Assembly (NCBI GenBank): GCA_036802685.1
Contig: DAIRVS010000001.1
Span: 14,804-78,803 of the forward strand
Direction of reading: 5' to 3'
DNA from: Myxococcota bacterium
GTDB lineage: Bacteria > Myxococcota_A > Polyangia > HGW-17
Length of the DNA stretch: 64,000 bases
Of the stretch, positions 37,805 through 48,405 are shown piece after piece. The notes under the pieces were generated by a model. The model saw only the letters and a program-made list of their open reading frames with translations. It did not search any database and was not told the origin of the DNA. Position numbers and translations under genes: made by a program. Numbering within the stretch: the stretch's first letter is position 1; every line of letters begins with the position of its first letter.

Positions 37805-38221
37805 CTACAGATCCCCGGCGGCCGCCGCGCCGCCGCGCATGGGGGCGGGGGGCGGCTCGACGCTGCCCGACTCTCCGGAGTCGGCGGGATCGTCGGCCGG
37901 GGGCGGTTCGGGGACGGACGTCGCGGGCGGAGCCGCGGGGTGCTGCGGCAGCCAGGTGAGGTACCGGGCGGCGGCGGGGAAACCCGCCAGCCGCTCGCAG
38001 GGCAGCGGCGCCGGCGCCTCCCCCATGTGGAACCAGCAGCTTTGGGCCTGCGGATCGATGATGTACGAGGCGATCACCCACCCGCTGGGGATGAGCACCT
38101 TGCCGGCCGTGATCGTCACGATGGACGTGTCGGACGCGGAGCGGACGCTCCCAGGACGGGTGTTCCAGCAGGCGGTGAGCCCCAGGGCGGCGAAAAGGAA
38201 GAGCGTAAAGAATCTCATCAT
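37805..38221 (-). CDS. Small hypothetical lipoprotein with Pro-rich C-terminus
   Basis: GAGGGA RBS then ATGATG. MMRFFTLFLFAALGLTAC lipobox. Confidence 0.65.
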   Translation of the reverse strand: MMRFFTLFLFAALGLTACWNTRPGSVRSASDTSIVTITAGKVLIPSGWVIASYIIDPQAQSCWFHMGEAPAPLPCERLAGFPAAARYLTWLPQHPAAPPATSVPEPPPADDPADSGESGSVEPPPAPMRGGAAAAGDL

Positions 38222-38354
38222 TCAATCCCTCTACGGGTACGGGAACTGCCAAATACGTTTCGGCCTCAGGAGGGCACTATCCCCGAGGGTCAGACAGTTG
38301 TCAAGAAGACCGTGATTGCGAAGGCAGCCTGGCCAAGGTATCTGAGAACCACGC

Positions 38355-40301
38355 TCATTGGATCTGGCCATACATCGAGAACCATTGCTTGAGACCCAGC
38401 AACAGGTTCTGCGCGGCGTCGGGTTCGAAGGCATCGAACTCCGCCAGCGTGACGAACTGACCATCGTTCAGAATCAGGCGAAGCTCATAGGTGTTCCGAC
38501 CCGGTCCCGCGTGCCGGCCGCCCCTGAACGAACTTCTGGATTCGAGCATTTCCAGATTCAAGGGATTGAGTTCCTGGCGTGGAATCCGCGACGCTCCTTT
38601 ACAAACCGGGACCAACCCTTTGCGCGTCAGTCTCCATCGGCTGACCAGTATCACGGTCGGGACGATGGCCGGCGTGACGATCCAATAGAGCACCATCGGA
38701 AAAACGAGCCCCACCACCCCCATCGCACTCCCCCGGACCCCGAAATGGACCGCCGGAACGACGAACAGCAGCAGCATCCAGGTAACATTCCACCCCGTGA
38801 AGGCCCACTCACTCCAGGACGCGATGGGCAGCAGCAGGACCGGTCGACGGCGAACCACCGAACTGCGCTGGTGGGTCGTCGCCGGCAGAAGGATCCGGAA
38901 GCAGAGAACCACCACCAGATAGCCATAGGAAAACAGCCCGAAAACCCAATCCGCTCGTGTCAATTCCCTTGGATTTTCCAGATTCAATGGAGAATGAAAC
39001 AGTTCCATCAACCCGAGGGTGACGACCAGACATAACAATACGAAGAGCGTCGCGCGACGTTGCCAGGAGGGAAGCAGGCCCGCAACAGCCAGACGCCAGG
39101 CGGTCACAGGTGGCTCCAGTTGGTTTCTGGCCGACTCGAGCGCCAGGCGCAGCGGATCACCCTGGGGCAGCGAATCGATTCTGTCCGTGAGTCGAAGCAG
39201 CGTCGGGATCGGCTTCTCGTCCCGCTTCATGCGCTTCAACCGGACGAGTTCCTGGGTAATCTCTCCGATCTGCGCGGGATCCTCACCACAAATGATCAGG
39301 TCCACGAAGTAATCCCAAGGAGAATTTTGCTCTGTGACCCTTCTGCGCCAGTCGCCGGGTTTTTCCCGTTCGAGACCAGCGGTCTTGCCTTCAGGGATGG
39401 GATCGGGGCTTCCCGAGAGGCGAGGCATAGCGGCTGCGATGCTGCCCAGTTCGTCCAACTCGCGTTCCAGACCGTCGGCATCCATCCACAGCCCACGCTG
39501 CAGGCTGTGGAGACTTCCCCCGATCAGCATGGCGTCCCTGCGCTCGAGACCGGAAAAAATCGACTCCGCTCCAGACGACGCCAGCCTGGCCACCTCGTCG
39601 GACTCCCCATCGAAGAAAAAACTCCCCGAGGTTCCGGGCGCCTTTTCCCAGGCTTGGGCACGCTCGAGCGCGTTCAGGAAAAGGCTTTCCCGTTCGCGCA
39701 TGTCGCTCTCTTCCCGGACGTCCAGGATCCCGTGCTCGACGAGCACCACATAATTCAACCTGCGGTCATCGTCGTACTGGTTGAGCCCGCTCCAGAGCTT
39801 CTTCAGTCGAGAGATCCGAAGCAACGGAATCACCGTCAAGGAATCGGAGAATTTCCTCGTCGGCGTGACCTTCAACCAGGAGAAATGGACGGAGTCATTG
39901 CGTTGGTTGGGAAAAAGGTGCCAGAGTTCGAGGCTCACCTTGGCGTCGTCGAGCTCTCTCGACAGGGTGACGCGATTGATCTCGTTCCCCGTTTGGACCG
40001 TCAGGTTCCATCCCCTCTGCTTTTCCAAAAACTCGAGCGCCTCCGCCGCGGCTCGCCGTCGCCGAATGAGCGACAGCACGTGCAGCAGAAGTCCCGCGGC
40101 CAGAATCCCGACCGTGATCGACGCCGTGTACAACGGGCTCTTCAGTATCCTCAGCAAAGGGGGGATAACGGTTGCCGGAGCGGCTGCCAGAACCAGGTTT
40201 GCCAGCAGGCCCAGCCAGGTAAATACGGTCACGGCGCCAAAGGGAAACCGGTAAATCACCAGTGCCCGCGCGCCCTTCAGGGTGGCGAGCGGATCTTTCA
40301 T
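38355..40301 (-). CDS. Large polytopic membrane protein, hypothetical
   Basis: Start MKDPLATLKG at 40301. Multiple hydrophobic segments at both ends with a charged central region. Confidence 0.6.
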   Translation of the reverse strand: MKDPLATLKGARALVIYRFPFGAVTVFTWLGLLANLVLAAAPATVIPPLLRILKSPLYTASITVGILAAGLLLHVLSLIRRRRAAAEALEFLEKQRGWNLTVQTGNEINRVTLSRELDDAKVSLELWHLFPNQRNDSVHFSWLKVTPTRKFSDSLTVIPLLRISRLKKLWSGLNQYDDDRRLNYVVLVEHGILDVREESDMRERESLFLNALERAQAWEKAPGTSGSFFFDGESDEVARLASSGAESIFSGLERRDAMLIGGSLHSLQRGLWMDADGLERELDELGSIAAAMPRLSGSPDPIPEGKTAGLEREKPGDWRRRVTEQNSPWDYFVDLIICGEDPAQIGEITQELVRLKRMKRDEKPIPTLLRLTDRIDSLPQGDPLRLALESARNQLEPPVTAWRLAVAGLLPSWQRRATLFVLLCLVVTLGLMELFHSPLNLENPRELTRADWVFGLFSYGYLVVVLCFRILLPATTHQRSSVVRRRPVLLLPIASWSEWAFTGWNVTWMLLLFVVPAVHFGVRGSAMGVVGLVFPMVLYWIVTPAIVPTVILVSRWRLTRKGLVPVCKGASRIPRQELNPLNLEMLESRSSFRGGRHAGPGRNTYELRLILNDGQFVTLAEFDAFEPDAAQNLLLGLKQWFSMYGQIQ

Positions 40302-40333
40302 GCACGTTGTGGCCTCTGGAGGTGCCGGCGACG

Positions 40334-40921
40334 TCAATTGAAATCCACCAACGGGAAGTGATACCCCGCGAAGCCGCCGATCTGCCAGGTGCCGGGGAAC
40401 CGGGGCCGGCGGCTGTTCCCCGGAGCGGCGTCGGCCCGGTCGTTGGCCTTCGTTGGAATGAAGCGCACCTCCAACCCGACGGTGACCGGGTGATCCCCGT
40501 CCAGACGCAGCACGCCCACCTGGAATCCGAGGGCGAGGGCCGAGGGCGTGGCGGGGAACCCGCCCGAGTCCGGGGCGGCGCCGGCGTGGTGTTCCCCGGA
40601 GTCCGGCGCGAAGTCCATGGGAAACAGCATCAGGTGGATTCCATAGTTTTTGAACAAATATTCCAGGGAGAGCCCCAGGGGCATCCGCAAAGGGACCACC
40701 TTCGGCGGTCCCGGGAGCGTGATCCCCGTGAGGGAACTGAAGCCCAGGGACGCCACCCACTGCCGGTGCCGACCCTGGCGCCGCGAACGGGGCACCGCCG
40801 GTGTGTCGGGGTTTTCGGGATCGGCGAGCAACCCGGAGAGCGCCTGGAGGGTGGACGCCGGATCCCGCCGGGAGAGCCCGGCGAGCAGGTCCTGGAAGCA
40901 GCGAAGTTTCTGGGGGTCCAT
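40334..40921 (-). CDS. Hypothetical protein (possible small beta-rich envelope protein)
   Basis: GC3-rich ORF from MDPQKL at 40921. The 5-prime extension to 41104 lies in the low-GC promoter region and was not adopted. Confidence 0.45.
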   Translation of the reverse strand: MDPQKLRCFQDLLAGLSRRDPASTLQALSGLLADPENPDTPAVPRSRRQGRHRQWVASLGFSSLTGITLPGPPKVVPLRMPLGLSLEYLFKNYGIHLMLFPMDFAPDSGEHHAGAAPDSGGFPATPSALALGFQVGVLRLDGDHPVTVGLEVRFIPTKANDRADAAPGNSRRPRFPGTWQIGGFAGYHFPLVDFN

Positions 40922-41121
40922 GAAATGCTCCCGCGGCGGGATGGCGGACCGAGGGCTCCCCTCACACGCGCGCCCCCCGATGTTACCGGTGAAATCTCCC
41001 GGGTCAAGGAGGAAATCCCGGGAACCCCGGGCCAATCCCCACAAAATCAGTAGATTATTCAACCGACCCGTGAATAGAAACGATATTCGCCGGTTCAACG
41101 GCATATGATCCTTGGAGAACC

Positions 41122-42636
41122 ATGACCGACTCCCCTCCGACCCGCCCGAAATTCTTCACCCGAGCATTGAACCTCATTGAACGCGTGGGCAACGCCCTGC
41201 CGCACCCGGCGACCCTGTTCGCCATCCTCGGTCTGGTGGTCCTGGTCGCCTCGGCCCTCGCCGCCGCGCTGGGGGCGAACGCGGTCCACCCTTCCACCGG
41301 CGAGCTCATCGTGCCCCGGAACCTGCTGGGCTTCGAGGGACTGCGCTATCTCTATGTCAGTCTCGAGGACAACTTCATCGCCTTCCCACCCTTCGGGATC
41401 GTGTTGGTGTCGGTCATCGGCCTGGGCATCGCCGAGGGCACCGGGCTCATCGAGGCCCTGATCAAACAGACCATCCTCAAGGCCCCGCGGCGGCTGGTCA
41501 CCTCGTTCATCATCGCGGCCGGGATCCTCAGCCACCTCGCCTCCTCGGTGGGCTACGTCGTGCTGATCCCGCTGGGCGCGCTGGTGTTCATGGCCTTTCG
41601 CCGCCACCCCGTGGCGGGCATCGCGGCGGCCTTCGCCGGGGTCTCCGGGGGCTTCGGTGCCAATTTCCTGATCGGCTCGATCGACCCGATCCTGTCCGGG
41701 CTCTCGGAGTCGGCGGCACAGATCGTGCAGCCGGATCTCTCCGTCGGCCCGGCCGCCAATTATTATTTCATGGTGGCCAGCGCCTTCATGATCGTCCTCG
41801 TGGGGACCTGGGTCACCGAGCGCATCGTGGAGCCGAGGCTGGGTGCCTATCAGGAGGAGCACGAGGCTCCCACGGCGCTCACGGCCATGGAGCGCCGCGG
41901 GTTGCGTGCAGCCCTGATCACCCTGGCGCTGCTCGTGGCCGCCTTCGTCGGGCTCACGGTACCCGAGGGCGCGGTCCTGCGTGGCTCCGGGAGCGTGCTC
42001 GACGGCCCCTTCTTCGAAGGACTGATCACCGGGATCTTTCTGTTCTTCAGTCTTCCCGGCCTGGTATACGGCCTGACCACCGGAAAGATCCGTTCGGACA
42101 AGGACGTGGTGACCCTGATCACCCAGGCCATCCGGGACATCGCCCCCTACGTGGTGCTGGTGTTCTTCGCCGCCCAGTTCATCGCCTGGTTCCAGGAGTC
42201 GCGCCTCGGTCTGCTGCTGGCGATCCACGGCGCCGCCGGGATCCAGGCCTCGGGCATCTCCGGACCCGCCCTGCTGGTGCTGTTCATCGTGTTTTCCGCG
42301 GTCATGAACTTCTTCATGGGGTCCGCGTCGGCCAAGTGGGCCATCATGGCTCCCGTGTTCGTGCCCATGTTCATGCTCTCGGGCTACCACCCCGCCCTGA
42401 CCCAGGCGGCGTTTCGCATCGGCGACTCGGTCACCAACATCATCACGCCCATGATGAGTTATTACGCCCTGATCCTGACCTTCGTGAACAAGTTCGACCG
42501 CAAGGCCGGCGTGGGCACCACCATTGCGATGATGCTGCCCTACTCGGTGTTCTTTTTCCTGGCGTGGACGGTCCTGCTGCTCGTCTGGTACTACCTGGGC
42601 ATTCCCCTGGGACCGGGCGGCCCCGTGCATATGTGA
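41122..42636 (+). CDS. AbgT-family transporter (p-aminobenzoyl-glutamate transporter family)
   Basis: Full-length 504-aa polytopic protein with AbgT-like segment organisation. GGAG RBS. Confidence 0.8.
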   Translation: MTDSPPTRPKFFTRALNLIERVGNALPHPATLFAILGLVVLVASALAAALGANAVHPSTGELIVPRNLLGFEGLRYLYVSLEDNFIAFPPFGIVLVSVIGLGIAEGTGLIEALIKQTILKAPRRLVTSFIIAAGILSHLASSVGYVVLIPLGALVFMAFRRHPVAGIAAAFAGVSGGFGANFLIGSIDPILSGLSESAAQIVQPDLSVGPAANYYFMVASAFMIVLVGTWVTERIVEPRLGAYQEEHEAPTALTAMERRGLRAALITLALLVAAFVGLTVPEGAVLRGSGSVLDGPFFEGLITGIFLFFSLPGLVYGLTTGKIRSDKDVVTLITQAIRDIAPYVVLVFFAAQFIAWFQESRLGLLLAIHGAAGIQASGISGPALLVLFIVFSAVMNFFMGSASAKWAIMAPVFVPMFMLSGYHPALTQAAFRIGDSVTNIITPMMSYYALILTFVNKFDRKAGVGTTIAMMLPYSVFFFLAWTVLLLVWYYLGIPLGPGGPVHM

Positions 42637-42645
42637 CGAAACCGG

Positions 42646-45198
42646 TCAGCCCCAGCGGACCAGGCCGGTCTCGTGGAGGAAGGACAGGGCGCCGTGGCAG
42701 GGCAGCACGCGCACGGCGAAGCCCTGCAGTCCCGAGGCGCGGCACTCGAGGTTCCCGGTGTACACCACCCGGCCGTCGGCGCCGATGGCGTGGTCCTTCA
42801 GATCCAGGATCTCGGGCTGCTCCAGGTCGCCGTCGGGGTTGACCTTGCCGAAGAGCACCTGGACCCGCACGTCGTCGGGGGTGAGCGGCCCCAGGTGCAC
42901 GGGCACCGTGATGCGCACGCTCTGACCCACCTTCACCTCCTCGGTGACGTCGGTGTCGGCGGCCAGCACGTGGACCTCCTTCCAGGCGGTCTCCACGCGC
43001 TTCTTCCACTCGGTGAGCTCCCGGGCGCCCGTGAAGCCGCCCTGGCTCATGCGGTGCCACCGCTCGGTGGCCGGGATGTAGAACTTGTGGGCGTACTCGT
43101 CGACCATGCGGTTGGTGTTGTACACCGGCGCGAGTTTTTTAAACGTGGCCTTCATCTTGGCCAGCCACCCGCGGGGGAGACCGTCGCGGCCGCGCTGATA
43201 GAACAGCGGGACCAGATCCTTCTCGAGGATGTCGTAGATCGTGCGGGACTCGACCTCGTCCTGGTACTTCAGGTCGGTGTACTCCTCGCCGCGGCCGATG
43301 GCCCAGCCGGTGTCCGGGGAGTAGCCCTCCACCCACCAGCCGTCCAGGATCGACAGGTTCTGTGCGCCGTTGGCCGCCGCCTTCATGCCCGACGTGCCCG
43401 AGGCCTCGAGGGGACGCCGGGGGTTGTTCAGCCACACGTCCACGCCCTGGAGCATGTAGCGGGCGACGTTCATGTCGTAGTCCTCGAGGAAGACCACGCG
43501 CCGCATGAACTCGTCGCGCCGCACGTGGTGAACGATGCGCCGGATGAACTCCTTGCCCTCGTTGTCACGGGGGTGAGCCTTGCCCGCGAAGATGAACTGC
43601 ACGGGGCGGTCGGTACTGGAGACCAGGCGGATCAGGCGGTCCACGTCGTGGAAGATCAGCGTCGCGCGCTTGTAGGTGGCGAACCGGCGCGCGAAGCCGA
43701 TGGTCAGGATATCCGGATCCAGCGTCTCGTCGGCGGCCAGGAGCTCGTGCTCCTGCGCCCCGCGCTTGATCAACTGGGCCCGCATGCGCCGGCGCACGAA
43801 GGCCACAAGGCGCTCGCGGCGCCTTTCGTGGGTGCGCCACAACTCGGAGTCCGGGATCTGGTCGATGTAGCGCCACACCTCGGGATCCTCGGAGAACTCG
43901 GCCCAGCGCGGTCCCAGATACCGCTCGAAGAGGCTGGCCAGCTCGTGGGAGGTCCAGGTCTTGTTGTGGATGCCGTTGGTCACGTGGGCGATGGGGATCT
44001 CCTTCTCGGGCAGCTCCGGCCACACGGTCTTCCACATGCGCCGCGACACCTCGCCGTGGAGCATGGACACGCCGTTGTAGCGGTCCGACAGGCGCAGGGC
44101 GAGCACGGCCACCGAGAACGGCTCCTCGACGTTCCCCGGGTGCTCGCGGCCCAGGCCCAGGAACTCCTCGCGCGAGATCCCCACGGCGTCGCGGTACTTC
44201 CAGAAATATTTGTCCATCAGCGCCGGCGGGAACTTGTCGATGCCGGCGGGGACGGGGGTGTGGGTGGTGAACACGGAGCCAGCCGAGCAGGCCTCCATGG
44301 CCTCGTTGAACGTGAGCTTCTGACGCTCGATGAGGGTCTGGATGCGCTTGAGGCCCAGAAAGGCGCTGTGGCCCTCGTTCATGTGGAACACGGTCGGGAA
44401 ATAGCCCAGGCGCTCGAGCGCGGTGACGCCGCCGATGCCCAGGACCAGCTCCTGCTTCAGGCGCATCTCCAGGTCGCCGCCGTAGAGCTGGGCGGTGATC
44501 TCGCGATCCTCGATGCTGTTGGAGTCCACGTTGGTGTCCAGCAGGATCAGCGGCGTGCGGCCGACCTGCACCTTCCACAGGCGCGCCTGCACCATGCGCG
44601 CGGGCATTTCCACCTCGATCATCAGCGGCTGGTGCTTCTCGTCGTAGAGGGGGATCAGCGGCATGTTGAGGAAGTCGTTGTCGGGGTAGGTCTCCTGCTG
44701 CCAGCCGTCGGGGTTCAGGTACTGGCGGAAGTAGCCCTCGCGGTACAAAAGCGACACGCCCACCAGGGGCAGGCCGACGTCGGAGGCGGACTTCAGGTGG
44801 TCACCGGCGAGCACGCCCAGGCCGCCGGAGTAGATCGGAATGGACTCGTGCAGACCGAACTCGAGGGAGAAGTACGCCACCAGCAGGTCCTGGGACTCGG
44901 GGGGCAGCTTGAACGGGCGCCCGGACTGCATGGCGCCGTCGAAGCGGCCCAGCACGCGCTTGAGGCTGTGCAGGTAGGCGTCGTCGCGGGAGAGCTTCTC
45001 CAGGCGGGCCTGGGACACGCGCCCGAGCATGGCCACGGGGTTGTGCCCGCACTCCTCCCACAGGTCGCGGTCCAGACGGATGAACAACTCGATGGCGTCG
45101 AAGTTCCAGCACCACCACATGTTGTAGGCCAGCTCCTGGAGGCGGGCCAGTTGCGGCGGCAGGGAGGGAACGACGGAGAACTTGTAGACGGTCTTCAT
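42646..45198 (-). CDS. glgP: Alpha-glucan phosphorylase (GT35, DUF3417-type GlgP)
   Basis: 850 aa. Glycogen phosphorylase motifs (SLEFGLHESIP, GGLGVLAGDH, PLP-Lys region TSGMKAAANG). EASGTSGMK is seen. Confidence 0.9.
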   Translation of the reverse strand: MKTVYKFSVVPSLPPQLARLQELAYNMWWCWNFDAIELFIRLDRDLWEECGHNPVAMLGRVSQARLEKLSRDDAYLHSLKRVLGRFDGAMQSGRPFKLPPESQDLLVAYFSLEFGLHESIPIYSGGLGVLAGDHLKSASDVGLPLVGVSLLYREGYFRQYLNPDGWQQETYPDNDFLNMPLIPLYDEKHQPLMIEVEMPARMVQARLWKVQVGRTPLILLDTNVDSNSIEDREITAQLYGGDLEMRLKQELVLGIGGVTALERLGYFPTVFHMNEGHSAFLGLKRIQTLIERQKLTFNEAMEACSAGSVFTTHTPVPAGIDKFPPALMDKYFWKYRDAVGISREEFLGLGREHPGNVEEPFSVAVLALRLSDRYNGVSMLHGEVSRRMWKTVWPELPEKEIPIAHVTNGIHNKTWTSHELASLFERYLGPRWAEFSEDPEVWRYIDQIPDSELWRTHERRRERLVAFVRRRMRAQLIKRGAQEHELLAADETLDPDILTIGFARRFATYKRATLIFHDVDRLIRLVSSTDRPVQFIFAGKAHPRDNEGKEFIRRIVHHVRRDEFMRRVVFLEDYDMNVARYMLQGVDVWLNNPRRPLEASGTSGMKAAANGAQNLSILDGWWVEGYSPDTGWAIGRGEEYTDLKYQDEVESRTIYDILEKDLVPLFYQRGRDGLPRGWLAKMKATFKKLAPVYNTNRMVDEYAHKFYIPATERWHRMSQGGFTGARELTEWKKRVETAWKEVHVLAADTDVTEEVKVGQSVRITVPVHLGPLTPDDVRVQVLFGKVNPDGDLEQPEILDLKDHAIGADGRVVYTGNLECRASGLQGFAVRVLPCHGALSFLHETGLVRWG

Positions 45199-45248
45199 GC
45201 AGGCTCCTTGGGATTCCGAAGTTCGGAAACGGAGATTGTGGGTTCGGT

Positions 45249-46082
45249 TCAGTCCGGCAGCGACACGACGATCTCACGGACCAGCGCCTTGAACGTGGCC
45301 GAGATCGCGTCGGCGGTCTCCTGCACCTCGCGGTGCGACAGCGGCTGCGGGGAGATCCCGGCAGCGAAGTTCGAGACGCACGAGATCCCGAGCACGCGGG
45401 CGCCCATGTGATGGGCGGCGATGGCCTCGGGCACCGTGGACATGCCCACCATCGAGGCGCCCAGCACCCCCATCATGCGGATCTCGGCGGGCGTCTCGTA
45501 GCTCGGGCCCAGCATGGCTGCGTAGACGCCCTCCTTGAGGGGCACGCCCAGCCGGGCGGCGGCGGCCTTCGCGTGCTCGCGCAGCCGGGAATCGTACAGA
45601 TCGGACATGTCCGGGAACCGCGGCCCCAGGTCCTCGAAGTTGGGTCCGCGCAGGGGGTTGGTCCCCAGCATGTTGAGATGATCCGTGATCAGGGCCAGAT
45701 CTCCGGGCGCGAGGCCGGGGGCCAGGCCGCCGGCGGCGTTGGTGATCACGAGGCGGGCGCAGCCCAGTTTCACGAGCACCCGGGCGGGGAAGACCACCGT
45801 CTCCATCGGGTGGCCTTCATAAAAATGAACGCGCCCCTGCATCACGGCCACCGTGTGGGGTCCCAGGCGGCCGACCACCAGGTTGCCGGCGTGACCGGCC
45901 ACGTGGGAGACGGGGAAATGAGGGATTTCTCCGTAGGGTAAAATCACGCGGTCCTCGAGGGTCTCGGCGAAGGCGCCCAGGCCCGAACCAAGGATCAGGC
46001 CGACGGTCGGCCGCGCGGGAATTTTATTGGCAATGAATTCAACGCTTTCCTGGATGTGGTGAGGCAGTGTCATGGGCGGCAC
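45249..46082 (-). CDS. Purine nucleoside phosphorylase (PNP-I / XapA family)
   Basis: PNP/UDP fold motifs (GLILGSGLG, HFYEGH, SMVGMSTVPE). Alternative start at M4 (46073). Confidence 0.85.
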   Translation of the reverse strand: MPPMTLPHHIQESVEFIANKIPARPTVGLILGSGLGAFAETLEDRVILPYGEIPHFPVSHVAGHAGNLVVGRLGPHTVAVMQGRVHFYEGHPMETVVFPARVLVKLGCARLVITNAAGGLAPGLAPGDLALITDHLNMLGTNPLRGPNFEDLGPRFPDMSDLYDSRLREHAKAAAARLGVPLKEGVYAAMLGPSYETPAEIRMMGVLGASMVGMSTVPEAIAAHHMGARVLGISCVSNFAAGISPQPLSHREVQETADAISATFKALVREIVVSLPD

Positions 46083-46119
46083 TTTACACCACCCGCGGCC
46101 GGATTGACAACTGCATTTG

Positions 46120-47073
46120 TCAGATGGAGGCCGGAGGTTCGTGGGCCGGCTGGGCGTCGGGCAGGGGCGGGGGGGCGTCGTGGGGATGGACCGGCCGCGT
46201 CTGGGGCGGCGCGGCGCTCATGTCCCAGGCAAAGCCAAGACCAAACATGGGGAAGTACTTTACCGGGGAGGTGGTCACCGGCTGGAAGGCCATGACCAGC
46301 AGCCGCAGCACCGGGTTAAGTTTAAACTCGGCCCCCAGTGTAATGATGGTATAGACCGGACCGGCTTCCACGTTGTCGTCGGCCAGGACGCTGATCTCGT
46401 TGGCGTACATCTCCAACTTGGGCGCGGTCGGGTGGTTGCGGAAGGTCACGCCGCCGAACACGGTGGCGTTCCCCATGTCCATGCGGGGAAGGATGGAGAA
46501 GGAATACACGCCGATGGTCTCGGTGTCGTACTCCACCTCGCCGATCGGAGTGATCAGATCGGTGTCGACGAACTGCCTCGCGTAGGGGATCGTGAAGGAG
46601 AGGTACTCGCCGGCGATGGCGATGGCCCACTCCGGGTTGATCTGGAAGTTGTACCCGAACGAGAGCCCCACCCCGATGACGTTGCCCTTGGGCGTGAGAT
46701 CCAGGTCGTCCTTGTAGGTCTTCTGCTTGCCGGCGGCCAGGCCCCACTCGCCGCCGATGCCCATGTCGAAGTTCTTGGTGAAGCGATAGCGCCAGTTGAG
46801 GTTCATCTGCGTGCGGGGCACCCAGTTGGCGGACCCCGTGGAGAGGCTCACGGTCTCCGTGTTCACCGTGATGTCGGTCACGTCCTCCACCGGTTGCTGG
46901 CCGGCGAGCAACATGCCGCCGGCGGTGAGCATGCTGCGACCCTGGGAGGGGGCGCCCGAGCGCATGGAGGGCTGTGGCAGCGGCACGTAGGCGGAGCGAT
47001 GGACCTGGGCCGTGCTGCAGGCCAGCGCCAGCAGCGCGAGAGAACATATCAAGGAAATACGAACGATCTTCAT
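46120..47073 (-). CDS. Hypothetical lipoprotein / outer-membrane beta-rich protein
   Basis: Start MKIVRISLICSLALLALACS at 47073 (codon 80 of the ORF). Alternating beta-strand pattern. Confidence 0.6.
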   Translation of the reverse strand: MKIVRISLICSLALLALACSTAQVHRSAYVPLPQPSMRSGAPSQGRSMLTAGGMLLAGQQPVEDVTDITVNTETVSLSTGSANWVPRTQMNLNWRYRFTKNFDMGIGGEWGLAAGKQKTYKDDLDLTPKGNVIGVGLSFGYNFQINPEWAIAIAGEYLSFTIPYARQFVDTDLITPIGEVEYDTETIGVYSFSILPRMDMGNATVFGGVTFRNHPTAPKLEMYANEISVLADDNVEAGPVYTIITLGAEFKLNPVLRLLVMAFQPVTTSPVKYFPMFGLGFAWDMSAAPPQTRPVHPHDAPPPLPDAQPAHEPPASI

Positions 47074-47259
47074 GACGGGCTCCTTGAGGCGGTGTTTCGT
47101 CGTGTCGGACACGGCGAGATTGAATACCATGAATCGGGGCCGAAGGCCAGCTGAGTCATGAATGTTCTTGACGAACCCGGGCCGGCCCGCGACCTGGTAC
47201 CCACAACCCCCTTGCGAAAAACCGTGGCCGATGGTTTCATCCGGCGCCGGAGGTGCCGC

Positions 47260-48405
47260 ATGCTGCGCACGGACTGCGTCTCGGAGTACCTGTTCGCCCG
47301 GATCGACCAAAAACTCAAGGGCCTGCGCGCCGCGGGCGTGGACGTGATCTCGTTCGGGGTGGGGGATCCGGTGTCGCCGCCGCCCGCCCCGCTACTGGGA
47401 AGGCTGGCCGAGCTCGTGGCGCGGCCGGATCTGCACAACTACAGCCCCTACGAAGGCACGGCCGAGTTCCGGGCCGCCGGTTGTGACTATCTGCGTCGTC
47501 GCACCGGTGCCACGGTGGACCCCGAGACCCAGTCGGTGGGGTTGATCGGCTCCAAGGAGGGCATCGCCAACCTCTTCATGGCCTACACCCGGGCGGGCAC
47601 CGTGAATCTGGTGCCCTCCCTGGCCTATCCCATCCCGGCCACCATGACGCGCCTGGCCGAGGGGGAGGTCCACTCCCTGCCCGTGGACGCGGCGCACGGC
47701 TTTCTCCCCGACCTGGACCGGATTCCCTTGGACGTGCTGGACAGAGCGCGTCTGTTGTATCTGAATTATCCCAACAATCCCACGGGAGTCGGCGCCCCGA
47801 AGGAATATTTGGAGAAGGCTTTGAATCTCGCCCGCCGGCATGGGCTCCTGATCGTCCACGACTGCGCCTATGAAGAAATCTGGTTCACCGAGCGGCCCCA
47901 CTCCTTTTTGGAGTTCCCCGGGGCGCTGGATCACGTGGTCGAGTTCCACAGCCTCTCGAAGATGTTCAACATCACCGGCTGGCGCCTGGCCTTCGTCGCG
48001 GGCTCCGAGCAGAACCTGGCCCCGCTGAAGGTCATGAAGACCAACTCCGACTCCGGCCAGTTCAAGCCGCTCCAGCTCGCCGCCTCCTGGGCGCTTTCCA
48101 ACCTCGTGGACGAGTTCGGCGCCCACCAACGCGAGACCTACCGCCGGCGCATGACCGACCTGGCCGCCGCCCTGGGCCGCACGGGCGCCAACGCCAGGCT
48201 CTCGGACGGGACGTTCTTCCTGTGGGGCCGCGTGCCCGAAGGGTTCGACAGCGCGTCCTTCACCGAGCACCTCCTGGACCGCGCGGGGATCTTCGTGACC
48301 CCGGGCGTGCTCTTCGGCGCCGACGGCGAGGGGTACTTCCGCGCGTCCCTCACCGTGTCCGATGAGCGGCTGGCCCAGGCCGTCGAGCGGCTGGGAAAAC
48401 TGTAG
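47260..48405 (+). CDS. dapL: LL-diaminopimelate aminotransferase (DapL-type, class I aminotransferase)
   Basis: SEYLFARIDQK, NYPNNPTG, SLSKMFNITGWRLAF. An upstream non-ATG start is possible. Confidence 0.75.
   Translation: MLRTDCVSEYLFARIDQKLKGLRAAGVDVISFGVGDPVSPPPAPLLGRLAELVARPDLHNYSPYEGTAEFRAAGCDYLRRRTGATVDPETQSVGLIGSKEGIANLFMAYTRAGTVNLVPSLAYPIPATMTRLAEGEVHSLPVDAAHGFLPDLDRIPLDVLDRARLLYLNYPNNPTGVGAPKEYLEKALNLARRHGLLIVHDCAYEEIWFTERPHSFLEFPGALDHVVEFHSLSKMFNITGWRLAFVAGSEQNLAPLKVMKTNSDSGQFKPLQLAASWALSNLVDEFGAHQRETYRRRMTDLAAALGRTGANARLSDGTFFLWGRVPEGFDSASFTEHLLDRAGIFVTPGVLFGADGEGYFRASLTVSDERLAQAVERLGKL

Noticed and set aside
40922-41104. 5-prime extension of the 40334 ORF to the ATG at 41104
   Set aside because: The extension lies in the AT-richer divergent promoter region shared with abgT and has poor GC3. 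The internal ATG at 40921 was preferred. The gene itself is kept at low confidence.
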